This document shows positions 40,343 through 53,759 of a DNA stretch of 64,000 bases, in pieces. The notes under the pieces were generated by a model, which saw only the letters and a list, made by a program, of their open reading frames with translations, was not told the DNA's origin and made no database searches. Within the stretch, counting starts at the first letter, position 1; each line of letters opens with the position of its first letter. The stretch comes from Octopus vulgaris (Eukaryota). A program made the position numbers and the translations under genes. The stretch is taken from contig OX597830.1 of assembly GCA_951406725.2 (NCBI GenBank), forward strand, positions 43,152,001 through 43,216,000, given 5' to 3'.

Positions 40343-40623
40343 CACTATGCCATATGCCTACGGGCTTATGGCGTAGTGGTTAAGAGTGCGGGCTACTAAC
40401 TACAAGATTCCAAGTTCGATTCCAGGCAGTGGCCTAAATAATAGTAATAATAACAACAACAACAACATCATCGAAAAATACCTTAGGAATGAGAACCCAG
40501 GTTCGAAATTTCCCCAAAACACCTGATGAAGGCTGGATGGTATATCAGCTGAAACATTGTGTTAACAAGAAGCAAGATGAGGACAAATATCCGTCAAATG
40601 TAAATAATGTAAATAATGTAAAT
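40107..40623. mobile_element. tRNA-headed, hammerhead-containing fold-back retroelement (SINE/Penelope-like hybrid), best copy
   Basis: 13-bp TSD AGAGAACACTGTT (40094-40106, 40624-40636). The + arm runs tRNA-like head 40362-40434 (A box TGGCGTAGTGG, B box AGTTCGATTCC), then (AAT/AAC)n, HHR 40519-40562 and a (TGTAAATAA)n tail. The left arm is its reverse complement. Confidence 0.75.
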
Positions 40624-40913
40624 AGAGAACACTGTTGCTTGAAAGAATTTGGGTGAAGACTATGATCTGAAGATAACTTTCTCTTTTCATTTCATCTGTT
40701 ACAAACATTCTGAATAAAATAAAGTGCCATAAGCACTGCCCTCTTCACGACAATTGTTTAAGCCTGTTATTCTATCACTCATTTCAGTCATTCGACTGTG
40801 GCCATACTGGAGCAAGTCTGGGGTATTTATTCTCTATCTACCTGGTTTTGACAAACTGTTAAATCAGAGGGAGATATCATAACTTAATACTGGCTGCTAT
40901 ATAGTGGGAAGCA

Positions 40914-40950
<37 letters not shown>

Positions 40951-41703
40951 CAGGCTTCTGCACAGTTTCTATGAAATAAATTCACTCCCAAGGCTATTGT
41001 AGAAGACACTGGCACAAGGTGCTACACAGTTGCACCAAAGTGAATGGCTTAACAATGCAAACCATGTATGTGCCTCTATGGTTAAAGGATTTAAAATAAA
41101 GAAAGAAAAATGGAGGAGCCTAGTTAGACAGATTAAGTAATGTAATCCTAGATTAACTATGTTTGAATATATACACACAAAAGCAAAAACAAGTTGAATT
41201 ATGACAGATGGAACACCTTTGGTGAAAGTCTTGTCTGAACAGGGTTGGTCTATGGTGAAACAACAACAGTAAGAATGGAAAAAGAAACCTGCCCTTATTT
41301 CATCAGCTGGTTTTTAGCTTCTTTTGGCCAAACTGCCCACCACCACCAGCACAATCCTCCTCTCCATTGATGCTTTAATCATTGTATAGTGAGAAAGAGA
41401 GAGAGAAGGGGGGCTGGTAGATAAAGAGAGGGAGAGGAGGAGAGGGGAAGAAAGAGAGAGAAAATGAAAGTAGAGAGGAAGAGAGAGAGAAAGAAAGATA
41501 GAGGAAGAAGATAGGAAAGAAGGAAAGAAAGCGAGAAAAAGAAAGAGAAGGAAAGAGAGGGAAAGAAAGAGCGACACAGAAAGAGGGAGAGAGAGAGGAA
41601 AGAGAAAGAGAGAGAGAGAGAGGAAGAGGAAAGAGAGAAAGAAAGAGAGATACGTAAATAGATAAACAGATAGATAGAGAGAGAATGAAGTGAAAAGTTT
41701 TAC

Positions 41704-41814
41704 CTTTGGTGTAAACATATAACTGATACCAGTGCCTGATCCTTTTAGGGTCAATCCACGAATGAGAAAAGCTGTCAGCACAATGTAGGGAAAGGTAGCC
41801 GTGAAGTAAACAAC
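41704..41814 (-). CDS. SLC6 transporter exon, TM5
   Basis: Encodes [37 protein letters not shown]. Acceptor ttttag|GTT, donor AAG|gtaaaa; 111 nt, phase 0/0, continuing ...SSGK in frame. Confidence 0.95.
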
Positions 41815-43337
41815 CTAAAATGAAACAATATGCACAGACATTTACATGTATGTATATATATATATATTACATATAGATTACATAGAGTTATATTATAAAA
41901 ATATGGAAGTTCATTTAAAGAAATAGCATTCAATGTGTTCATGTATGTATACATACATATATACCTACATATATACATACATGCATACATAGGTATGTGT
42001 GCAGGTGTCATCATCATCATCATCATCATTATCATCGTTTAACATCCGTTTTCCATGCTGGCATGGACTGGACGGTTTGACTGAGATCTGGAGAGCCAAT
42101 GGCTGAACCAGGCTCCAATCTGATCTGGTAATGTTTCTACAGCTGGATGCCCTTTTTAACACCAACTACTCCGAGAGTGTAGTGGATGCTTTTTACGTGT
42201 CACTGGCACAGGAGCCAGTCAGGAGGGCCTGGAATTGATCACGTTCGGATGGTGCGTTTTATGTGCCACCGGCACAGAGTGGGCTGTGCGCAGTCAGGAG
42301 GTACTGGCATCAGCCACATTCAGATGGTGCTTTTTATATACCACTGGCATGGGAGCCAGTCAGGGAGCACTAGCCACAGCTACGATATTTATTTATTTAT
42401 TGACCACAAGGGGCTAAACATAGAGGGGACAGACAAAGAGATTAAGTTGATTACATGAACCTCAGTGCATAACTGGTACTTAATTTATCAATCCCAAAAG
42501 GATAAAAGGCAAGGTCGACCTCGGCGGAATTTGAACTCAGAACGTGGCAGCAGACGAAATACTGCTAAGCATTTCACCTGACATGTTAATTATTTGTTCA
42601 GCTCACCACAGCTACGGTATTGGTTTTATTTGACTCAACAGGTATTCTCAAGCATATCATATCACCCAATGCATCAGGGGTACACTAAACTAGGCTACGA
42701 TCTCACTTTAGTTGTCAGGTCTTCTCAATCCCAGCATATCTCCAAAGGTCTTGGTCACCTGTCATTGCCTCTGTGAGACCCAATGTTCGAAGGTCATGCT
42801 TTACCACCTCATCCCCTGTCTTGTTGGGTCTACCTCATTAAATAGGAATATTATGCCAAAATTGGCGATTTTTAGTCACTTGTGCCAGAGCATGGCAATT
42901 TCAATTGTGTTTGGCTCACAAAAATCTAAATTGATCAATTTCCAATCATTGTCATCATTGTCATTGTCATTGCTGTAGTCATTGTTGTCGTAGTTGTCAT
43001 CACCAGCATCCTCATCATCATCAGCAGCAGCAGCATCACCATCATCACCATCACCACCACCACCACCACCACCACCATCACCATCATCATCATCGTTACC
43101 ATTATCATCATCATTAAAGCTCACATTTATGGGTTTTCTATAGAGATCATTGAGAATTCTCAAAATATTAGAATATATTATCTGAGCATCCAAAATATAT
43201 GATTCTCTCTTCTTTTGTCGAGGCATCATCCATTCAGGTTGATTGCCTGGGCCAGCCTGACAACCTCTCTCCATCACACAATTTTGAGGTCTTTAGCTAA
43301 GGAAGGCAACTCTGTCAGAACAATCTATGTCTTAGAG

Positions 43338-43614
43338 CAGAGGTTCTCAAACTTTTTGCACCCCCACCCTCAGGGCCACATGATATGCCCAGTGCCCCCA
43401 CCCCTATTTTTATGTATAAATAAATATTTCATATTTTAATAATTTATACATACTATGAATCATTTGATATTTAATATAATATTATATAATTTGTATACAA
43501 TATCATAATAAATTCATAGCATCCCCCAATCCACTGCCTTCCTCCCAGCACCTCCTTTTCTGTATCATCCCCCTTTTCTCTACACCAGGGGTAGTAACAC
43601 CCACTTTAAGAACC
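43338..43614. mobile_element. hAT-type MITE, right end eroded
   Basis: CAGAGGTTCTCAAA ... TTTAAGAAC, with CTTAGAG on both sides. Confidence 0.5.
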
Positions 43615-43634
43615 TTAGAGCATAATGAGAAAGT

Positions 43635-44138
43635 AGTTCTATATTTAAGAGATGAGGAATTATGTACATTATTTACATTATTTACATTCGATGGGCATTT
43701 GTCCTCATCTTGTTTGTTGTTAACACAATGTATCGGCTAATTTACCCTCCTGCCTTCATCAGGTGTCTTGGTGAAATTTCGAACCTGGGTAGTCATTCCT
43801 GTGCCAGTGGCACGTTAAAAGCACCAACCGATCGTAGCCGATGCCGGACTCCCCTGGCACTTGTGCAGGTGGCACGTAAAAAGCACCCACTACACTCGCG
43901 GAGTGGTTGACGTTAGGAAGGGCATCCAGCTGTAGAAAAACTGCCAGATCAGACTGGAGCCTGGTGCAGTCCCTGGCTTCCCAGACCCCGGTCGAACCGT
44001 CCAACCCGTGCTAGCACGGAAAACGGATGTTAAACGATGATGATGATGATGATGATGATTATTACGATTATTATTATTCAGGTCACTGCCTGGAATTGAA
44101 CTCGGAATCTTGGGGTTAGTAGCCCGCACTCTTAACCA
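43635..44138 (-). mobile_element. Copy of the tRNA-head/HHR family interrupted by an RTE 3' tail (about 43800-44058, +)
   Basis: Family terminus and decayed HHR at 43635-43799, tRNA head at about 44080-44138, and a nested RTE tail ending in (GAT)n. Confidence 0.65.
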
Positions 44139-47100
44139 TATTTAAGAACTAATTGTTGAAGTTGTAGTATTAGAACTGTGCCAGGTTATTTATTGATGCA
44201 GTTTCCAGCAGGAACTTACTTGGCAACAACTTTATTCCATTAGAAGACATTAACTCTATTCACACACCTCCAGGAATCTAACTGTTATTAGGACTCCTAC
44301 AATATCTAAAGAGTCAGACAAAGTCTCAACGATTCATGTATTGTCATATGATTTGTATGTTACATCAAAAGAAATTCTCTCAATGATATATGCCATTCTC
44401 CAACACTTTTGTTCATCTTGTAAAACATTCTAAAACTATAGACTATTCTGGTTTCTGATAAAAATAGAAAGGCCTGTTAGATTTCTTAGAATTACATCTC
44501 AAGACATGAGCAATACTGTCAATATTATGATCATAATCAAGATGACAGGCTGGCAGAATTGTTAGCACACTGGGCAAAATGCTTAGCAGTATTTTGTCTG
44601 ACTTTATGTTCTGAGTTCAAACTCTACTGAGGTCATTTTTATTTTTCATCCCTTCGAGATCAAAAAAATGGGTATCAATTGACCATAACCATGGCCTATG
44701 GCAGTGCAGCATAACCAGCCCATCTAAGAGTACTCTTCAATCATTAGGCAATAAACTGTACTTGTGAAGACCTGTTGAGGCAAGTGAAGTTGTTGTCGTG
44801 GCCAGTGCCAGTACCGCTTGATTGGCATCCATGCCAGAGACACGTAAAAAGCACCATTCGAGCGTGGTCATTGCCAGTGCCATCTGACTGGTTCTTGTGC
44901 AGGTAGCATATAAAAAGCACCATTCAAGTGTAGTCGATGCCAGTGCCAGCTGTCTGGCACCTGTGCCAGTGGAACATAGAAAGCACCTGCTATACTCTCA
45001 AAATGGTTGGTATTAGGATTGGAGACTGCTGCAATATCCTGGCTTGCCAGTCCTTGGTCAGACTGTCGAACCCTGCCAGCATGGAAAGTGGATGTTAAAC
45101 GATGACGATGCTGATGATAATGATGGGCACTGGGGTTGATGTAATTGACTGACTCCATCTCCAAATTACCAAAATTTGAAACCAATATTATAAGCATAAT
45201 GTTCAATTGCCACATGACATAAGAGCTGATTCTTTTATGTCTGATCTTCTTTCTGCTAAAACTTTGACTTTTAGAATGCACCAGAAAGGATGTCTTTGTT
45301 AGAGTTGACAGAAAGCTTCCCAAGGTCTTTTGGAACCTACCTCTCAATATTCTTTTCTATTCTAGGCACAAGGCCCGAAATTTTGGGGGAGGGGGCCAGT
45401 TGATTAGATTGACCCCAGTACACAACTGGTACTTAATTAATTGACCCTGAAAGGATGTAAGGCAAAGTCGACCTTGGCAGAATTTGAACTGAGAATGTAG
45501 AGACAGATGAAATCCTGCTAAGCATTTCGCCCAGTGTGCCAATGTTTCTGCCTGTTCGCCGCCTTATCTACCTCAATAATCTTTTCTTTTCAACTCTAGG
45601 CACAAGGCCTGACATTTTGGGGAGGGGCCCAGTTGATTAGATCGACCCCAGTACACAACTGGTACTTAATTTATCGACCCCAAAAGGATGAAAAGCAAAA
45701 TTGACCTTAGCAGAATTTGAACTCGGAACTTAAAGACAGACAAAGTACCGCTAAGCATTTTGCCTGGTGTGCTAATGTTTCTGCCAGCTCGCTGCTTTAC
45801 CTACCTCTCACTATTGAAACAGATAGGTGCATTGTTAATACCACAGCAAATTTCAGCTATGTTCTTGATAGAAAAAAAAAGACCAGATGTGAGAATATTT
45901 GGCCATTTGCCTCTCCTGAGATCTCCTCAAGGGCACTAAAAAGCAGGACAACATAATGTACCAAATATATTCCAAGTGGCTTCCCTTGCACTTCTGTGAC
46001 ATATTGACCTATAACCTTTCTTGTTTCACATTACAACCACAATCTGACCCCAAACAGATTTCTTCTGATTCAAGATAATCTTCACATGCTGTGCAACACT
46101 TTTTCAGATATATACAATGCCAAAAGAAAAAAAAAAAACAAGAAAAGAAAAAAGATGGCCTTTAAAGAAAAAATTGAGCAAATAACCACCACCTCCACTA
46201 CCATTACTACTACTGCTGCTGCTGCTACTACATGTAATCTTTAGCGTTTACTTTAACAAGATAAGAAGTGGCAAACAACAAAATAGATTAAAAAGTGAAT
46301 ACTTGGAATATTTTACATGTTTTGACATCCATCAACAGAACAGAACTGGATGTTAAATTGATTGATTTTTACCATTTAGTCAGAATGTTTCATTAAGAAA
46401 TCTTGGTTAAATGATTAAATATTTGAAACATCAAAAGATAATAAATGTGAATGTATTTGGTCTGGTTGCAGAAGAGAAAATGTTTTTCGCTTGTTAAACT
46501 GAAGCCATATTGCTCAGATTTAACAGATGGAATCCCATTATATATACACACACACATCCTTGAGGACAATATCTAACCTGATAATTTTGTATTTTAACTG
46601 GTTAATTCCAGTGATATTTTCTATTGTAATGCATACACACACATACATACATATAATTAAAACAGATGAATGAGTTGTCTGGTATTGCTACAGTTGTTTG
46701 AATAGGAATCTTTCTTGCGTGTATGTATGTATGTATGTATATAAATATATATGTGTGTGTGTGTGTGTGTGTATGTGTGTGTATGTATATATATATATAG
46801 CTTTAATTGTGGAGTATCCATAAAGAATCAAGGTATACCACAGTGAGGTATGCAGTATGCACAACAACCATAAGATTCTACAATATGTTATACAACTCTC
46901 AACTCATCAGGCTAACCAAATAAACAAGCAAGTAGTGACATATTGATTAATTATGCTCTCATTAAGATGATAACCCATTCATCTGTTTTAATTATGTTTC
47001 TACATCATTCTCATGGTTCCATTTATTTTTGGATACTTTTGGAGTTTTGGATTACCTAACAACAATGAATTTCCCTTCATTGATGCATTCTGTGCTATGG

Positions 47101-47193
47101 AAATGGACTACTTAACCATTTGTTTTGTGTTATTCTGCCAAGCCAATTTGTGGCATACTTCTCTTTGGTATACCTTGATTCTTTATTGATCCC

Positions 47194-47917
47194 CCAGGAT
47201 CTTGAATTATCCAGTAAAATCTTTTTTGCTAGTTTATTTTGTCTCTCTGTCTTATCTCGTGGCGCGATATGAACATTTAAGGTGGTTTTTGGAGTCAGGG
47301 TCTTGACTGCTATTTCGGCATGGTGGTATCTCTCAGATACCCTTATTTATAGTTATAAATAATTATTATCTTTGTATGGTATTTATTCTCATGCTGGCCA
47401 CTTGATAAGATATCGAAATTATCCTTATTTATAAATTTATATAATTCGTCACTGTTTATTTTTGACCATATCGCGCTTGTGAGGTGGTTGGCGGGCAATT
47501 TGGACTGGTCTTGCACATATGTGCATATATATGTATGTATGAACGTTCGTATATGTAAGTATAACGTGTGTTCTGTATATATATATATATATATTTGTAT
47601 TTATGTACCCATCTGGTATATTCAACTGATGAAGGCAGAGCTTATTTGAAGCAAAGCCAGAAATCCAGGATCTTGAATTATCCAGTAAAATCTTTTTAGC
47701 TAGTTTATTTTGTCTCTCTGTCTTATCTCAAGGTGCAATATGAACATTTAAGATGGTTTTTGGAGTCGGGGTCTAGACTGCTATTTCGGCATGGTGGTAT
47801 CTCTCAGATACCCTTATTTATAGTTTTAAATAATTATTACTTTTGTACGGTATTTATTCCCATGCTGGCCACTTGATATTTAAATATCGAAATTATCCTT
47901 ATTAATAAATTTACATA
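47194..47917 (+). mobile_element. About 1.5-mer of a 471-nt HHR-containing unit (retrozyme-like)
   Basis: An about 250-nt direct repeat occurs at 47194-47443 and 47665-47917. Both copies begin in HHR stem III, just before the cleavage site. Confidence 0.65.
47620..47678 (+). ncRNA. Type I hammerhead ribozyme fold
   Basis: Reads ATTCAA-CTGATGA-aGGC...GCCa-GAA-ATCC-A-GGAT-C^TTGAAT. It has a 6-bp stem I, a near-palindromic stem III and an AUC triplet. Confidence 0.7.
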
Positions 47918-48007
47918 CATACATATATATATATATACACACACACATATATATATATATACATACATACACACACATATATATATATATATATATATGT
48001 ATATTTA

Positions 48008-48344
48008 AAGGGCTAAAAGAACCACTATGTGGTTAGCCATATGGTAGAAGTAGATCACCTGTGATCAAACTACAAAGAAAAGAATGTTCTCTAGAGAAAA
48101 ATTCAGCGGACACCAGAACAATATGCAGGCAAGACAGATGAAAATTATATAAAAAACAAGAATTAATCGCAATTAATTAGTCGATTAATTCTTGTTTTTT
48201 ATATAATTTTCATCTGTCTTGCCTGCATATTGTTCTGGTGTCCGCTGAATTTTTCTCTAGAGAACATTCTTTTCTTTGTAGTTTGATCGCAGGTGATCTA
48301 CTTCTACCATATGGCTAACCACATAGTGGGTTTTTTTAGCCCTT
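48008..48344. repeat. Near-perfect palindrome, about 162-bp arms, 12-nt spacer
   Basis: 48008-48169 is the reverse complement of 48182-48344 with only a few mismatches. Confidence 0.9.
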
Positions 48345-48452
48345 AGATATACACATGTATTAGAATTTTCTCTGATTCTTCAGATTTTTGTATGCTAGGC
48401 TACTGGTTTTAAATTGATATTAATTAAATTAATATTCAATTTATCTCCCTCA

Positions 48453-48491
<39 letters not shown>

Positions 48492-48591
48492 CAATAATAA
48501 ATCTACATACATACATACATACATATATATATATATACATACATTTATACATATATACATACATACATACATACATACATACATACATACA

Positions 48592-48627
<36 letters not shown>

Positions 48628-50302
48628 TATATATGACAGAAATGAAGTTCAAAATTTGAAAATGCACAGGGGGATATATTAAAATTAATTAGAATTTAAT
48701 TAGATTTTTGAAATATAGGAATACACTTGATCAGTTTCACATTAGATTTCCAAAAGTGCAGGGTGTATGAAGCCGTCTTGCGAATTAAGTCTATTCTGGC
48801 TGTTGTTATAAAAATTGATTGTTTTGAAAGAAAGAATATGGCTCAGAATGCTACAATGTTAATGTACAAATTGATTATTCAGTGTTCAGTGTTAAGCTCA
48901 TGTGACAATCACACAAGACGGTTGCATAAAAATTTGTCTCCATTGAATATGTCACATGACAGTTAGAAAAGAGAGGTATAAATAAGTGATATCTATTTTA
49001 CTGTGTTTTCTCTCTTGTTTCTCATCAGAAATAATAAAACACTGAAAATCAAATTTAATTAAAAGAATATAATTGTTTACATAATGACGTTATAAATAGT
49101 TATTGTGTATTATTCTGTTGAAGAATCATCATCATCATTATCATCATCATCATTGCTTAACGTCCACTTTCCATGCTGGCATGGGTTGGACGGTTTGACT
49201 GAAAACTGGTAAGCAGGAGGGCTGCACTAATTTCCAATCTGATTTGGCAAGGTTTCTACCGCTGGATCCCCTTCTTAATGCCAACCACTCCGAGAGTGTA
49301 GTGGGTGATTTTTACGTGCCAGCAGCATGACAGGGACAAGAAATAGAATAACAACAAATCATGAAATAATAAATGCTTAAACAGCAAAGAATTCAGAATT
49401 TCCTTATTTGAACAAATTTATTGTTGAGTGCAAAAATGTTATCAATTAGTGCTAGTTTATTCCTGTTAAACATGTTAAAACATATCCCTTCTTTGTTAAC
49501 AAAATGTGGGGTAAGATAATGAGGGGTGGAATAAATAAGATCAACAATAGCTGCAACATGAATTTTGATTTTCTTTAGAATGAGCTCAATTAGATACATA
49601 ATATATTTCTACAATAATTAATCCACAGGAAAAGGTATACTACTGATGTTTTATATGGTGAAGATGCCGACGACCGCTCGGTTCAAAGTCTCCCTTGACC
49701 TCAAGTGGCCTGAACTCTTTACATGAACACCACCCTGTACATAACTGCATGTCCCCCTACATGGCCTTGCTTTTTGCTTTTTGAGCCAAAAAATTAACTA
49801 ACTAACTAACTAACATAGCCTGTTCAGCAATGGCCGTTTTTTTGATAGACAATTTTTGTTACTTATTTTTGTTTGATCTGTAGTATTGTCAGCACAGTGA
49901 TAGAGTGGGAAGACAAGAAATTTGGGAGATTTGGTTTCCGTACATGTGTCCAAATGTTCACTATAAGGAATTTGTCTAGTCCTGGGATCTCGTATTTGTT
50001 GACAATGAATTGTTATTCTTATTCTTAAAGTAATTGCATTTACAATAAACGTTTTGTCTGGCATGCTGAGAGTTCAGCCTGCTTGCCACCTTAATCTTAA
50101 TAATAATAACAACAATAATAATTATTATGGTTTCAAATTTCGGTACTAGGCCAGTAGTTTTGGAAAGAGGGTAAATCGATTACTTTGACCCCAGTGCTTA
50201 ACTGGTATTTCATTTATTGATCCCAGGATTGACTTTGGTGAACTCAGAAGATAAAGAATGGATGAAATGCCACAAAGCATTTTTTGTCATACTAACAATT
50301 GT

Positions 50303-50388
<86 letters not shown>

Positions 50389-50411
50389 GACAGTAGCAGT
50401 ACCCGTAACAA

Positions 50412-50458
<47 letters not shown>

Positions 50459-50481
50459 TAATAATAATTATTATTATTATT

Positions 50482-50738
50482 GGCAGAAATTCAAAAGAAA
50501 GTGCCCATGGGAACTGCCCATATCCTACATAAAATACTGTCTATGTAATCTCAAATTTTAAAACAAACTTATAACTTTCTTATGTTTCCTTAAACATACT
50601 CTAGAACAATACTAAGTACAAAACCAAATATTTGACACCCTAAGCATAACACCAACATGAACTTCTAACTTGTCTCTTGAGGTCTCTGGGTGAGACTTGG
50701 AGTCAACTTGTACAAATATAAAGCAAAGGTCAAACATA
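50482..50738 (+). mobile_element. R4/Dong-like LINE 3' end inserted in a (TAA)n array
   Basis: AEIQKKVPMGTAHILHKILSM* resembles the R4-clade C-terminal QK.VL.GT..ILR..L motif. It is flanked on both sides by (AAT)n, the known Dong target. Confidence 0.6.
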
Positions 50739-50763
50739 TAATAATAATGATAATAATAATAAT

Positions 50764-50798
<35 letters not shown>

Positions 50799-50829
50799 GA
50801 AAAAGAAGAAGAAGAGTTAGCTTGCTTAC

Positions 50830-51284
50830 TTTTCCAGAAGACTGGATACCTCGACATACACAGCAGTATACCACAAGCCAGGCAAAGACGAAACAGCCGA
50901 ATATTTTCCAGTTAATCCCTTCAGAAATGTCAATGGAGGGCGATATGTCCAGTGCTTCTCGATACCAATAATAAGAAGAGGGTCCAGCAATGTCACATTC
51001 TTCAACAGTCACATTGCCATCATAGGGACATTTTTCCCAGGGCAGATTTTTTTGGAATGAATTGAATAAGTAAAAAAAACACCAAGTAATAATGGCGTTG
51101 TAATAAATTGCTAACAACAGAGAGACGACGGCACTTGCGATACCGATTCCTCCAAGAAATGGATGAATGGCATTCCATACGCCAATGCTACCTTTTTGAA
51201 ATTTCTGTCCAATGGCCAACTCCAGGTAGAGTAAAGGCATCCCCTCTGCAAACAACATGACAAGGTATGGAATAAGGAACGCAC
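50830..51284 (-). CDS. SLC6/NSS Na+-dependent neutral amino-acid transporter (SLC6A15/17/18/19/20-like), internal exon covering TM2-TM4 and EL2
   Basis: Encodes (G)AFLIPYLVMLFAEGMPLLYLELAIGQ...YYNAIITWCFFYLFNSF..LPW..C...C...YYWYR..L...RGIQSSGK, which are classic SLC6 motifs. Acceptor ttttatacag|GT (phase 1), donor AAA|gtaagc (phase 0); 455 nt. Confidence 0.95.
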
Positions 51285-51776
51285 CTGTATAAAAGAAAAA
51301 CGAAAGACAAACGTTTTTTAAAAATCGCATGAAGCAACAACCATTTAATGGTACATTTAGTTTATACGTTCAAATAGTAAATTTACAATAATAATAATAA
51401 TGATGATGATGATAACAACAACAACAACAATAATAATGATGATAATGCTACAGCAAATATTCTGTCCAATGCCACAGATTTGCTTGACCTTAACCATTTG
51501 AGAGTGTCCCTTAGTGGCTGATAATATGTGCATGTTTGATCATGAGCCATTTGTTGAGAAGAATTCTTTGGGGTTTGGATAATTCACATTTAGAAACATG
51601 GGTGTTTTGTTCAACATCCTTAAACAATCCTTATTCAGAGACCTTTTGCGTGGGATGGGCTACTCAACCTGAAGAAAATTCAAACTGGGCCCCACCTACA
51701 AGGTCATGTGCTGTTTACCCCAGTGTCACTTTGATAGCATGTGCTGCTCTCTCACTCAATAATAATAATAATAATG

Positions 51777-51846
<70 letters not shown>

Positions 51847-52488
51847 AAACAACATTAGTAATGATAATGGTTTCAAATTTTGGCAGAAGACCAACAATTT
51901 TGGAGTAAGGGGTAGTTGATTACATTGACCCCAGTGCATAACTGCTACTTATTTTATTGATCCTGAGAGGATGAAAAGCAAAGCTGACCCTGGCAGTATT
52001 TGAGCTTGGAATGTAAAGTTGCAGGAAAGATAAACAGATGAAAGTTCTGCTTCTTGGTGTGGTTCCTGTGCCATCTCAGTTTTTATCAAAAGAAACCAAC
52101 ATCTTTGTATCACATGATGGCTGTGGATTAAGCTGACCTGGCACTAAATAACAGTGCAGTTATTCCTGGTTAGCAGCACTTTCTATGAAAGCAAATTGGT
52201 TTGACATAGCAATCAATAAAGAAAAGTGTTGCCTATGGATGCCCCTGCAGCACAGTTCTAATTATAGATGACAAAGTACCAAATCTGAATACAACAGTCT
52301 AACATGATGTCTATTCTGTGCGCTACAATTTGCAAATAAAAATAATGGCTATTGATATAATATATACACACACACACATGTTCAATCCCACTGCATGGAA
52401 TCTTGGGCAAGTGTCTTCTTCTATAGCCTTGAGCCAACCAAAGCCTTGTAAGTGGATTTGGTAGGCAGAAACTGCAAGAAGCCCATTA

Positions 52489-52535
<47 letters not shown>

Positions 52536-52881
52536 TTGTCTGTGTTTGTGCTCCACCCCAACCACTGCTTGACAACTGATGTTGGTTTGCTTGCATCCCA
52601 GTAACAGTGCTTGTTTAGCAAAAGAGGCCGAGAGAATAAGTACCAGGCTTCAATAATAACAACAACAATCCTTTCTACTATGGGCACAAGGCCTGGATTT
52701 TGTAGGGAGGGGTACAGTCAATCGTACTGACCCTAGTACTCAACTGGTACTTGATTTATCAAGCCTGAAAGGATGAAAGGCAAAGTTGACCTTGGTGGAA
52801 TATGAAGCCAGAACATAGCAGCAGACAAAATACTGCTAAGCATTTTGTCCAGTGTGTTAACGATTTTACCAGTTTGCCACC

Positions 52882-52918
<37 letters not shown>

Positions 52919-53759
52919 CCATCACCATCACCACCACCACCACCACCATCACCACCACCACCACCACCATTACCACCACCACCAGCAACAACAACAACGA
53001 CAACAACGATGAATGGCAAAGTCGACCTCAGTGGAATTTGAACTCAGAATGTAAAGGCAGATGAAATGTCACTAAGCATTAGTAATAACAACAATGGTTT
53101 CAATTTTTGGCACAAGGTCAGCAGTTTCAAGGGCAGGGGGTTGAATCGATTACATCAACCCCAGTGCACAATTGGTATTTATTTTATCAACCCTAGAAAT
53201 ATTCTTTTTTTTTTTACAACTCCAGGCACAAGGCCCGAAATTTTGCGGGAGAAGGCCAGTTGATTAGATCATCCCCAGTATGCAACTGATACTTAATTTA
53301 TTGACCCTGAAAAGATGAAAAGCAAAGTCGACCTCAGTGGAATTTGAACTCAGAACGTAAAGACAGATGAAATACCGCTAAGCATTTTGCCCAGCATGCT
53401 TAATGTTTCTGCCATCTTGCTGCCGTAAACCCTAGAAATATTGGAAGCAAAGTGAGCCTAGCAGCATTTGAAGTCAGAATGTGAAGATAGACAAAATGCT
53501 GCTGAGCACTGCTGCTCAATATACTAACAGTTTGGCCAGCTTGCCACTTTCCAACAGTAAAACAACAGCTCAGAGATAAAGCTGTCTAATGCTTAATACC
53601 AGGTCACACATGATATAGTGTAAAGTACAGAAAGAAAAATGTGCAGACTGGATCATTTGTTTTTGTTTTGTATTTTGATTATTTACTGTTTTTTGTTGTT
53701 GTTGGTTTTTTTTTTTATTTATTATTATTTAATTTTATCAGATCAAACATTTCTGCTTA

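Noticed and set aside
40362-40434. tRNA gene candidates (also 4410-4485 and other A/B-box heads)
   Set aside because: The acceptor and anticodon stems are imperfect, and each is fused to a repeat body, so they are SINE-type heads rather than tRNA genes.
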